A DNA stretch of 63,764 nucleotides, the filler included, from Vannella sp. (taxonomy: Eukaryota): the NCBI GenBank assembly GCA_023345925.1. It is 6 parts of 6 records of this genome, joined end to end, with 100 filler letters (N's around TTAATTAATTAA, not from the genome) between each part and the next. Parts side by side here need not be neighbours in the genome. Positions count along the whole stretch, not along the records: positions 12,345 to 40,666 come from JAJQQN010001295.1; 5 more parts are not named here. One strand, given 5' to 3'. Below are positions 23,565-34,818 of this stretch, piece after piece. The notes beneath the pieces were generated by a model. That model was not told the origin of the DNA. It did not search any database and saw only the letters and a program-made list of their open reading frames with translations. The translations under genes were made by a program, and so were the position numbers. Every line of letters starts with the position of its first letter. Position 1 is the stretch's first letter.

Positions 23565-26242
23565 TTAGCGGGTGAACTCGACGGTCATGACGTAGCGGAG
23601 GTGGGCTTGGCTCTCCTTGTAGACGAGGTACTCTGAGTTCTGGAATCGGCTTCCAGCGAATTCAGGTTGCGAGATGGGCTTGCCTTGGGGGACAGTGACT
23701 TTGTGGCCATCGAACTCCATGACAGTGTCCTGGGATGGGTCTGGTTCCACGTGGCCCTTGGCCACGATTGAGTCGAATCCAGGAGGTGCAGCTCGAAGCG
23801 ATGGATCATCGGCCAAGATGTGATGCTCCTTTCCAAGCACTGCCTCACCCAGGAACATCACACCAAGGTTGCTACTGTGGCAAGTGACGTAAGCAGAGGA
23901 TTTGCCGTTCTCGGAGGCAAAGTAGATTCCTCGTCCCACACGCCCACCGGAGTGGGGCATGATGCGAAGGCCAGAGTTGAGAATGGCAGCAACCACAGCA
24001 ATGTTGGTTCCATGCCAGAGAAGTTTGCGGTTCTCGACAGCATCGTGAACAGCAAAACGGTCGGTCTCTCCTTCACGAGTAGTTCTCCAGAGTCCGTGAA
24101 TCTTTGGCTTCCGATAGTGAGCTCCTGTGTTGTGAGCATACTGTTGAACGATGCGGAATTCTTCTGATTCGGGATCAACATAAACCAGTTCGTTCTTGAG
24201 TGTCTGGTAGTGCTGGTCGAGGGGATTGGGTTTGTGAATGACGTCTCCCTTCTTGAGCTTCTTTCCTGAACTTCCTCCAGTCTTCTCAGCAAGATTGACA
24301 GCGATCTCAATGTCTCCAAGCACTGCCAACATCTCCATCTTCGAGCGGACAACCTCCGCTTGGTTGAGCACGGGCGGGCGAGTGCGACCAAAACTGTGAG
24401 GAATTTTGGAGAAGAACTCATTGGACAGGTCCAGGAGAGACCCTCTGTCATTGTTCTCCAAAGCTGTGTTGATTTTGTGGAGAACCTTGTATCCGTCCTC
24501 AATCTGCTTCTTCGACAAGTTGCCCAAAGGCATCTTTTTGACATCTAATTCAAACCTAGCGAGACGTCAGCGGACGAATGTCCCAACAAATTGACTTACT
24601 TGACCATCTGTTGCTTGAACATGTCCTCGTTGAAGATGAGAGAGATGAAGTCTTGCGTTGGCTTATCCAAAGTGGACGGACTCGTTACGACAGTGTGCTG
24701 GACAGGCTCTTCTCCATCAAGTAAAGCAATCTTCTCCGCCATCTCCTCGTCATCGTCATAGCTCATCTCGATTTGAATGTACTGGCCAGCCACTGGCCTG
24801 GCGGGTTCACCCCAAACGTTCCTGGTCTTGCTCTTGAACTTGGACTTGAAGTTCGCAATCGCTTTCTCAGGTGATGCCCATCCGCTTTCGCACTTAAATT
24901 GTCCTCGTTCACCAACGCGACCCCAACGGGTGAAGTTGTAGAAGTAGCCACCGTGTTCCACAACTTGAATGACGTAGAACTTGTTGTTGTTGTTGGCGAT
25001 GTTGGTCTAATAATTGGCAATGTCAGGCTCGAGGGAATAGTGATCAAGATGGTAACTTACTTGGTTAAGCATACAAGCGTAGTCTTGGTAGACCTTACCA
25101 CCGCGTTTGCCAAAGTCACAGTATTGGTCAACAGAGGCCTTTCCCACATTCTTCTTCTTTGCTGCAGGTTCCTCTTCGCTTTCCTCGTCTTCCTCTTCGC
25201 TTTCCTCGACCTCCTTCTTGGCAGCAGGCTTGGTCGCAGGTTTCTTCGTGTTGGTCTCCTTCATTTGGGCCCTGGACCGTTTTTTGGTCTGTGCCACTTC
25301 AGCATCGTTTCCTGACTCTTCTGCCTCTGGATCTTCGTCTTTAGCACCACCTCCAGCATCGTGCTCGACCAGGCGGTCAACAAGGTCAGACTTGCGGCCA
25401 GTGACGGGAAGACCACGTCTCTTACACAAGGCCTTGAGGTTGACAGCACTGAGTAGATTGTAAGTAGCGGCTGATTCCTCAGGTTGTTCAGACTCTGATT
25501 CTTCTACCTTGGCTGCACCTCGCTTGCTTACAGGCTTGGGTGCGGCCTTCTTCTTGGGTGCTTCCTCCTCGTCAGATTCAGATTCTTCGACCTTCTTTGC
25601 TTTCTTGGTAACCTTAGTCGCAGGCTTTGGCTTTGGTGCAGCCTTGGTGATCTTCTTTGGTTTGGGTGCTTCCTCTTCCTCCTCCTCTTCATCAGACTCA
25701 GACTCTTCTACCTTCTTTGCTTTCTTGGTTACGGGCTTTGGAGCAGTCTTTGGCTTTGGAGCAGCCTTGGTGATCTTCTTTGGTTTGGGTGCTTCCTCTT
25801 CTTCTTCCTCCTCGTCGGATTCCTCCACTTTCTGCACTTTCTTAGCCACCTTTGTTGCAGGCTTTGGAGCAGCCTTTGGCTTTGGAGCAGCCTTGGTGAC
25901 CCTCTTTGGTTTGGGTGCTTCCTCTTCTTCTTCTTCTGATTCGGATTCCTCCACTTTCTTGACTGGTCTCTTGGTTGCAGCCCTTGGTGTGACCTTCTTC
26001 TTCGCGACCTTCTTTGGTTGGGGTGCTTCCTCTTCTTCCTCTGATTCAGATTCCTCCACTTTCTTGACCACGCGTTTGACTACTTTGGTCGCCTTAGTCG
26101 TTTTGGGTGCCTCTTCGTCCTCGTCAGCAGCACTGAGACGGTTCACAAGTTCCTGTTTGTTGCCAGTAGTATCCAAGCCAAGCTTCTTGAGCCGGCTGCG
26201 CAACACCGCGACGGTGAGCTTGTCAAGACCAGAGCCAGCCAT
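23565..26242 (-). CDS. Poly(ADP-ribose) polymerase: SAP-repeat linker-SAP-WGR-regulatory-catalytic (PARP3-like catalytic domain)
   Basis: Two SAP motifs, RWGRVG, MPLGNLS, LWHGTN, PHSGGRVGRGIYFASE, SEYLVY (H-Y-E triad). Introns 25060-25007 and approx. 24599-24547. Confidence 0.95.
25490..26080 (-). repeat. Coding tandem repeat KKVEESES(D)E(n)APKPKKxTKAAPKPK within PARP
   Basis: About 6 imperfect units alternating acidic and K/A/P-rich blocks. Confidence 0.85.
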
Positions 26243-26300
26243 CCTAATGAGAGGAAACCAAAACGTAACTTTCCGACAAACAACAAACGTTTTCCAGGAA

Positions 26301-27427
26301 TTATTTATTTTTTTCGCCTTCGTTTTTGAACACTTTTCTGTCGAGTTCCACCGAGCAAAGTTTTTCCACCATCAACTCGATAAATTTCTGTGGTCTGTGA
26401 GAAGGCTGCGACGGGGAGGAAAGAAGGAAAGAAAATTCTCACTTGTGGTTGGAGAAGGTCCATGACCACTTGGCAGTCTCCATTGATGTTGGGGGTCATG
26501 TGAATCAGTCCGTTATGAACGGTAGTGGTGTAAGGAATACCAGGACCGAACAGTTCTGGGGTGCTTGCGAAGGCAACGGCATACACGTCCCACTTGGCCC
26601 TGTCAGATCCATTGGGCGCTCCATTAGGCAGACTCACTGGATAGAAGCCACCTGGTGTGTACTCTGGATACTGCCCAAACTTCTCGTAGCTCGTATTCAT
26701 CACGTGGTAGAGGTGCTCTGTGATTCTGGGGATCGATTGGTACACCACAGAGTGGTTACACTGCTTGCGTGTCATCACAACATCACTTAGCATAGGGGTG
26801 GCCTACCTGAGACAGCTCGTTGATCTGAGTGATGGTGAAGACGGACTGGAGCATCACTTGGATGGGGAGGATGACTTTAGGGATAGGCGCATCAAAGAGG
26901 AACTTGGCCGCATGGATATCAAAGTAGTAGTTGATGCTCGTGGGAAACAGCTCTTGGAAAGGAGGGTTCTCTGGATCCCCGCCGTTCAGAATGATCCTTT
27001 CGATGTTCTTGGCGATGGAGGGCTCTTGAGTAAGTGCAGCAGCGAGATTCGTCGGTGCTCCGATACAGATTACTGTAACAGGCTCTGGGGAGCTTGTGAT
27101 CGCCGTGATGAGGAACTGAGAAGCGTTTGTCGGTGCACTGAGGTCGCGTTTGAAGTAGTTTGCGCCTTCATGAGCTACTGTGGGGTTACCTGCCTTGCGG
27201 AGTAACTCCTTGGCATCATGAAACGTGCGCTGGGTAACTGAGTTCCCGAAAGTAGACGTAACACCTAAAAGATCCAACTCAGGAGATGCAAGCGTCCAAA
27301 GAATCGCCAGATCATCATCCACATCACCAAACCTCAGCAGCATAGTCGTATCCGAGTCTATGATGACCTTAACAGACCAAACGGAGTGCGCAATGGCCAA
27401 GAGCAGGAGAACCCAAGCGCCTTTCAT
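26301..27427 (-). CDS. Secreted inosine/uridine-preferring nucleoside hydrolase family protein
   Basis: Signal peptide; KVIIDSD...DVDDDLAI, GVTSTFGN, IGAPTNLAAAL, NGG, NYYFDIHAA; 2 introns; ends KFIELMVEKLC...*. Confidence 0.9.
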
Positions 27428-27837
27428 CCTTGAGTGGTTCGAGTGTGAAAAGGTATGACCAGCAGGAATTTTCGAGACTGCCCTTTGGAGTTGTCTCCTG
27501 CCCTCCCCGGAAGAGCTTCAACGAATCAGTAACATCCCTCCCATGCTCACAGACAACCATTCTTAGGCGTTCCCACAGGAAGGCGGCCTGCTGGTCTTCG
27601 GGGCAAACGGGAACGGAGAACTCGGAGACTCAACCACACGACCACTCAACTCACACCCACGCATTGTCCTGTCCAGCCCGCTCTCCCTTATTCATTCACC
27701 CGAAGCAGAAAGAAGCGCGCCCACTTCCTTTGACATTGGCGAGCAATGGCAAAGTTGAAGATCTAATACAAAAGAAGGAGAGGCAGACAAGTTGGTAAGC
27801 ATTGAAGGTGAATTGAAGTCATTGTCGAGGGGGGCTG

Positions 27838-28279
27838 ATGGGTTGGGGGGCTTTGGTGATGGTCGTCTCAGTCTTGCTGTTGGTCCATTGCGGAGTATCG
27901 GTTCGGCAACGTGAGCCATCGAATGTGCTTTGATTGGTTGCTGATGGTTCTTCCGATTGTAGATCAGAGCGCCTACATGGGGCTGGATGGAGAGTATCCT
28001 GGGGTGCCTGTTGATGTGAGTGGGTTGAGATCGCCTTGACCCACACTCAGTGCTGTAGCTTCTTCTAGAATGCCTACTTGCAACTACAACTGCCTGTATG
28101 GGCATTGCCCTCTCCTCAAGGCCATTCTCTTCTGTCCTGATTGCCCGAATATACGCAGAGAAGTGAGTTCCCTTGTCCCACATTCCTCCTCATCTCTTTC
28201 TAGATCACGAGAAGGACAGACAAGCCGCCCTGAGTTTATGACATTCAATCATCGAGGAAGAGATATGCACCGAACCTGA
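27838..28279 (+). CDS. EMC5: ER membrane complex subunit 5 / MMGT1
   Basis: Four exons splice to MGWGALVMVVSVLLLVHCGVSVRQHQSAYMGLDGEYPGVPVDLLLECLLA...SRPEFMTFNHRGR, matching the LLxH..S..QH, PxD and FxxFNHRGR hallmarks. Confidence 0.85.
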
Positions 28280-28337
28280 GAACAATGAAAGAGACAATGC
28301 CAATGCTACGCAATGCCCAAAATGCGTTTCAGCTCAT

Positions 28338-29560
28338 TCACCAAGAGGGTAGTATCAACATCGAAGCTCTCATTAGATCCAGAAATGCGGGCAGGAAATG
28401 GTTTCGGTCGTCGGGATGTTCCAGGATGTGCCCATCATCTGGCATCTGGGTCATTTGAGTGGGCCCTGCTCCATGGAGGCCAATAAGTATGTTTTTGTGC
28501 TGCATGAGAGTGATTTGCTCCTGCAGAGGCATTCTGGGCCATGTTCACCACAACCAAGTGAATCTCAGGCATGCTTTCAAGAGCCAATATGACTGTCACA
28601 ATCAGAAGAAGCGACCTTTGGGTCGTGAAAACTTACTTTCCTCTTCGTTGGAGAACTTTCTATCCCGCCGTCTGATTTTTAATAATCAGACGGCGGGCAG
28701 ACTTATATTAGCACTCTCCTCACCACGAATGTGACTTGGGTCACTTTTCCTTCACCTTAAGGGTTATCTAGACTCAAAACTTCACCTTTGGGAGCAAAGA
28801 ATCGCTCAGAGAGTCTCTCTTACCAAAATCTCCCTCAAATGATTCCTGAAGAGTATTCAGTCTGAATCTCTTCGAGCTTGCCACCACTCCCTTGTACGAA
28901 GGAATGGAGAATTGCATTTGGGTTGTTAATGCGGGCTTGCTTGAAGCATTGAACACGAGAGGCTGTCTCATTGTCCTGACATCTGTCATAAAGATGGGAG
29001 GCTTTCCAGTCGAGTCCTCCCATGTCTGGCCAAATACTCCTGGTAGATGAGGGCCCAAATTCACCACTTGCAATTGACTCAGCGACTCCAATCCACAGAC
29101 TTGGCCATGGAACCAAAGAGAAAACTGATCCACAAGGGTGTGGTAGACATTGACATACTCATATCGAGTGACAAGGCAAACTAATTGCTCTTCCAAACCA
29201 TCCTGATACTGCTCCGCGCTGAGATCAGCGAGGGAATCCAGGAATCGAACCATTCCAGGGTCGAAAGTCTAGGATTGGCGTTGTGGGGGCTCAGGATGTT
29301 GGTCAGCTTGGACCATGAGTCACATTGATCAAGATTGAATGCTCCTCTGTGGAAGTTCATGGACCTTTCAGGAGCAGGAAGGATGATCGTGAAGAAGTGT
29401 GATGGCAAGTTCATCCAGATCGATCATGACGTGTTCAAAGCGACAGATTGCTTCTCCTGGAGAGTGTTGATGCCAACAAGAATGCTGTTCAGGGTTGTCA
29501 CAGGCGCGAATGACCTGTTTCGAGCCGAGGATGCTTTTTTGGAAGGAGGGAAAGCGGGAT
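28338..29560 (-). pseudogene. Degraded glycosyltransferase family 61 (EOGT/DUF563-like)
   Basis: TRYEYVNVYHTLVDQF and MPLQEQITLMQHKNILIGLHGAG motifs in separate frames, with stops/frameshifts not explained by clear introns. Confidence 0.7.
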
Positions 29561-29897
29561 GGAGTGTGAGAGAGTTATAGAACTTTCGTCCTGTAAAGAA
29601 GTACCAGGAATCACGTCCTCCCTCCGCTGCTCGCCTCCAGCATTGAGTTAAGGATGCTTTGGTTCTCCGCTCTCCAGAAACGCCTCAATGATATGCCTCA
29701 GGGCTGCATGAAGGTTGTCCTCTCTCCCCAAGGAGGACTCTATCAGAGCAAAGTAGTCTACAGCGAAGGCGATAGCTCCCAACAGAAGCACAAAGTGACG
29801 AAGCAAGTCGCCTTCTTCATCGCTCCCACCAATGAGCTCCATTCCCTCCCCTCCTCTACTGTCCTTGACAAGTACCTGGAGACGCTCAACATGATAA

Positions 29898-31025
29898 ATG
29901 TCACTTCTTGGTGGACCTATGCTCCGGGTGGGGCGATCAGCAGCCACTTTGCGGCGCGTACAAGTGCGCTGCTTCGCTTTGCAAGGAACAGTTGAGAAGG
30001 TGGAAGGATCACAGAGGCCAGGTGTCTCTTTTGGGAGTGTGGACGAGTGCAATCGACTGATGATGTCCTTAATCCAAAAGCGGGACTATCCGCGTGCTTT
30101 GGCAGTGTTCAGGCAGATGAAGGGGACTAAGGTTCAGCCTACAGTATATACCTATAACTTGGCTTTGAAGAGCTTGCTTCAGGACCACAAAAGCTACCGA
30201 GAGGCTGCGAAGATCCAAGAGGAGATGCTCCAGCGGGGTTTACAGCCTGATGTAGTGACCAACACAGCTCTCATACGCATTTTCCTCTCGTCCAAACAGC
30301 TCAGTTTAGCTATGGATGCATTCAATCGGGCGCGCCTGTCCTGTCAGCTTGATGGCCTCCTTTTCCGCACAATGCTTGAGCTATTGAGCAAGCAGGGGCG
30401 GCACCAAGAGGCCTTAGACATCCTGAAACTCTTTAAAGAGTCAGGCCTTCCAAGTGACAGCCAGCTTGACTTCCTAGTCATCCACTCTTTGTGCAAAGGG
30501 AACCGGATCGATGATGCATTGGTCCTCTTCCGCAGTATGGGCGCAGTGATCCCCACAGTGAGCACGTACAATACTCTAATACGTCATCTAGGCCTCCAAG
30601 GGCGGATGGAAGAGGTGAAAACGATACAGGAGGAGATGAAAGCAGCCGGGGTTCAGCCGAATGATCTCACGTTCGCTGCCATGATGGAGGTCTTCTGCAG
30701 CTCCAAGCGAACAGAAGACGCCGTAACTCTCTTTGGCGAAGTCAAGGGAGTGGTAAAGCTGCGCAGCGCGGTGCTGCACAACATTCTCATTGAGCATCTG
30801 TTCGACGACGGTCAAGTCGATCGTGCTCGTCAGTTGTTCGACTCTATGGATGAAGAGAGCTCTCCTAACATCAAGACTTTCGAAATCATGATCACCGCGT
30901 ACGCCAAGCTGCAGGCCTTTGACCAAGTGGATCAATTGGTGTCCCAAATGGCCTTCCTCTCCCTCCAACCAACCTATTCCATCAAGCAGATCCTTCGTCA
31001 GAGAGGACAAAGAACGGGAAAATGA
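29898..31025 (+). CDS. Pentatricopeptide repeat protein, probably mitochondrial
   Basis: 35-aa repeats (PTVYTYN, PDVVTNT, PTVSTYN, PNDLTFA, PNIKTFE); Arg-rich presequence. Confidence 0.92.
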   Translation: MSLLGGPMLRVGRSAATLRRVQVRCFALQGTVEKVEGSQRPGVSFGSVDECNRLMMSLIQKRDYPRALAVFRQMKGTKVQPTVYTYNLALKSLLQDHKSYREAAKIQEEMLQRGLQPDVVTNTALIRIFLSSKQLSLAMDAFNRARLSCQLDGLLFRTMLELLSKQGRHQEALDILKLFKESGLPSDSQLDFLVIHSLCKGNRIDDALVLFRSMGAVIPTVSTYNTLIRHLGLQGRMEEVKTIQEEMKAAGVQPNDLTFAAMMEVFCSSKRTEDAVTLFGEVKGVVKLRSAVLHNILIEHLFDDGQVDRARQLFDSMDEESSPNIKTFEIMITAYAKLQAFDQVDQLVSQMAFLSLQPTYSIKQILRQRGQRTGK

Positions 31026-31620
31026 AACTGAAACAGGAACTGACCTTTGAAGCCCAAAAAGACCGCCAAAGGGGACTTCTCCCTCCTCGATGACTTAGAG
31101 AGGAGTTCATTGGTTCCCTCACGTGGGTACGACTCTCATGAAGAGATAGATAGCCAGGGGAGGAGAATCTTTAGGCTCTGGTGGAGGAACCGGACGGGGA
31201 AACAGATGCGTTATGGTTTAGTGAATGGGAATGATCTCCTGCAGCATGGCGAGAAGCACTGAGGAAGCTATTCTGAGGATAGCTTTTGTTGTAACCAAAG
31301 GTTCAAGAGGTTGGGGTCAGCGGCAGGAAACAGTCTTCGTCGGATACGAGAGTGACTTGGCTTCTGGATCTCTCTTATCGAGGAACCAAGCTTCTTAACT
31401 GAATCAGCATGGGAAGGAGCATGTGTTCGCGTCATGGGACTGTGTGGAATGGCTCCGTCATCAGTCCAACGACCGGATTCGCCCATTTCGGGAGAATCTA
31501 TCTCCCAACTTTTACCAGAAAAGGTTATTTGTTCACACAATGTTAAATCCTATGTTTGGTTTGATTAGTGGAGGTGGGACAAAAAGGGACTTGTCACCAC
31601 TTTTCGATTCGTTTCCCTTT

Positions 31621-31660
31621 TGGTGGACATTTCACCTTGCTGGTGGACATTTCCCCTTCC
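31621..31660 (+). repeat. Two 20-bp direct repeats TGGTGGACATTTCxCCTTxC before an ATG
   Basis: Units at 31621 and 31641; ATG at 31665. Confidence 0.75.
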
Positions 31661-31664
31661 CCTC

Positions 31665-34600
31665 ATGCGAGGAGATGGTTCCTCTGGAACAGGGGGCCCG
31701 CTGTCAAGTAGCGAGGGTTGGAATAATGCAGGAAGGAAGGAGCAACCGTATGCGTATCAGATGGGTGAGCGGGCTGGAGGGAGGAAGGGAAGTGGCTGAG
31801 TGTTTGGTAGGTGGGCAATTGGGAGGTCACCGCGACTCTGCTGGGACACAGCAATTCCACGACGACTTTGAAGCAGCTGTTAAACTGAGTCTGGAGCACG
31901 AGAAGAGCCTCGACCCCGTCTCCAACGAGCCTCTCGATCCATTTCAACGTACCCGGCTGCCAAACACGTGAGTAGCCCTCTACTTCATCACTATGGTAGC
32001 TGAAACCAACTCTGGACAGTCCTGTGGGCTTGAAGAATGTGGGCAACTCATGCTACGTCACTTCTATCCTGCAAAGTTACTTTGCTATCGAGTGCTTCCG
32101 CAACCTCATCCTAGAACAGTCATTCTCTTCCGAAGAAGAGTTACTACCTACTGATATCAGGAGTGGTACGTTCTCCAAGCCAGCATTGGTAGGTTGCGCC
32201 TCTCACATTAAATGATGCCAAGTGGTCAAGGAGCTTCAGAGGTTGTTTGGCTTTCTGGTTCTCTCAGATAGAAAGTATGTCGACCCTACCCCATTCTTAC
32301 AGACTCTGCGAGACAAATCTGGCAACTGCGTGCACACAGGGGACCAGCAGGACCCCACAGGTGGGTCGCTTCTGAACGTAAGGTACTCACTGTAACATTC
32401 TTGCGTAGAATTCCGTATCTTCTTTCTGGAGAGGGTGCAAGAGTCATTAGACCAAATCAACAAGCTCAAGAGGGAAGAGGAAGGGGAAGAGAAGCCTCAT
32501 GAAGCTCAGCTGGACGAGAATGACGCTCTCGCGGAGACAGATTCTTCAAAGGAAGCAGAGAAGGAGCTACAGGAGGTGAGAGAGGATCAGAATGAGTCCT
32601 TGGGAGACTCCCAGAGAGAGATTCCAGAGGAGGAGGCCCAAGAAACCAATCCTTCGTCACAAGAAGCCGGGGTGCAGCCTCATGACATAGACTCTCCCTG
32701 CGAAGCGAATGTGACATACAAGAAGGATCAGAAAGAAGATCTTCCGCAAGAACTCAAGGCTAAGGATGAAAACCAGAAGGAATCTCAGATGGACAAAGCC
32801 ATCGACAGACTGGTTTCTGGAAAGTTCCTTCAAGTAATAGAAGGAAAGGAGTTGGACGGAGAGGTATTCCGATCTGAACAAGAAATGGGCTTCTCAGAAA
32901 TCAATCTAGGGCTCATGGGAGCATCAAGCGCTTATGAAAGCTTTGGCCACTTTACTGAATCCACAATAGTGAATGAGTTTGAGACAGGCAAGGGTAACAA
33001 GTGCGTTGGAGTTCGTTCCCTTTCTCTTCTGGAAATCCCTCCCGTTCTCAGTCTCCAGCTTCAGCGAGTTGACTTTGACGTTACCAGGCAAGCTGTCGTC
33101 AAGAACCATTCCAAATTTGAATTTCCCCTGGTGCTTTATTTGGACCGATTCATGTCAAAGCATAGGAAGGAGGTAGAACTCTGCTGTGAACAGGAAAGGA
33201 AGCTGAAGAAAGAAGTGGCAGAGTGCCAAGACACGCTTGCAAGATTCAAGACTTATGGCAATACTAAGGCATCCATTCGGGATCTCATTCAAGCGTCTAT
33301 GGTCTTTATGCGGTCAAAATCTGACGAGAGTCTGGAATCGAGTGTCACTGTTCTGGAAGATGCCTTTGACACAGTTTGCCAGGAGGAATTGCGCTTGAAA
33401 GATGAGTTGGACTCTCTGAACGAGCAATTTGAGGTTGTGTACGATGGATTCAATCGAACACCGTACCGCCTACACTCCATTCTGGTCCATGGTGGACAAG
33501 GTACCGGTGGTCACTACTATTCGTTCCTTTTCGACAAGGACGAAGGGACCTGGACCAAGTACAATGACTCTCATGTGAGTGTTGAAGACTGGGAAACTGT
33601 AAAGCGAGACTCCTTTGGAGGATTTGAGGTCAAAAGTGCTTATTGCCTTTTGTACGTCAGAGATGACCTCCAGTCGGGAGTCCCCAGCCCAACCACCTCC
33701 TCGGGATCCATCAGTCCTTGGCTTCAAGCAGAGATTGCTGAAGATAATCAGCTCCATGAAGAGGAGAAGGATGAGTGGCAGGATAATCAGTCGAAGGGGA
33801 GCCAAAGTAATTCCACTGGCAGCCACCAACGTCAATACCAAAATCCTTCAGCCTCAGGGACATCTCATTTTTCACAAGCAGCACTGGAAGCCTTCTCTGT
33901 TGAATATGCAAGGCTCATGTATCAGGAAGAGGTGTTCACTAGCCCCATCTTTGGTTGCGATTGCTCCTCTATCTCAAGATTCTTGTACTCCACTGGCCAC
34001 CTTCACTTACACGAAATGGAGGTTGCCAACCAAGTTTGCAACAGATTATTCCAAGCTAATATCTTTTCTCCTCTCCTATCCGAAATCCCTGCCCTGCAAA
34101 TCCTCCTTTCATCCTTTGATGAGACCAGATACCGTCAATTGCAATCTTCATTCCACCAATTAGAGATTGCATGGAGAAACTGCTACGGAGGCCTTCTGTG
34201 TTTGTCAGCACGAAAGTGAGTGAAGAAGGGGAAAGAAGCGATTCTCATCTTATCCAAATAGCTGCAAAGGGGCTGCAATGTACTTCTACCATGCGCTCAC
34301 AAACGCACCTGATGACGTTCATCTTGAAACCCTTTGCGCGTTCCGAAAGTATTTGGTATTCTGTATTCGGACTCTCTATCTTAGTGGAGTGCCTTTCTGG
34401 GAAACCAACGAAGGCGCTCGGCAGGAAGTTTTCTATGCTGTCATGATTGCTTCGAAGGTAGCGGACCAGCTATCTTCTATCTTCAGAGACTTGCGCCAAA
34501 TGTGGGCCAAAGACTCCTTCCCAACTCAATCAACCAATAGTACGTAGTTCCCGCCCTCTTCCTCTTCACTCATTCTCTGCTCTAGACGAGACAGCGCAGT

Positions 34601-34764
34601 TCCTCTCCAAAATGAATCAAGCCTTCCAAGGGGCTCGCCTCCCGGAAGTTCCTCAACAGGCACTCTTCCAGTCCATCAATTCCGCTTGGCAAAGCCTTCC
34701 CACCTTGATTGAACGGGCTGACCGGCTTATGGAAGAGTTTGAAGCCCAAAAGGAGGAGATTTAA
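31665..34764 (+). CDS. Ubiquitin-specific protease, USP25/28-like (UIM + USP)
   Basis: UIM DDFEAAVKLSLE; Cys box PVGLKNVGNSCY; GDQQD; His box LHSILVHGGQGTGGHYY, WTKYNDS, SAYCLLY; multi-exon. Confidence 0.92.
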
Positions 34765-34818
34765 AGGGTTTAGCGAGTCTCTGGGTCATTTTCGTTCATT
34801 TTTTGGGGTCCGGCAGGG

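Noticed and set aside
25509..26465. 318-aa plus-strand ORF rich in S/F/A/G
   Set aside because: Antisense shadow of the low-complexity PARP repeat.
31030..31600. Short ORF fragments between the PPR and USP genes
   Set aside because: No homology cues or coherent exon chain.
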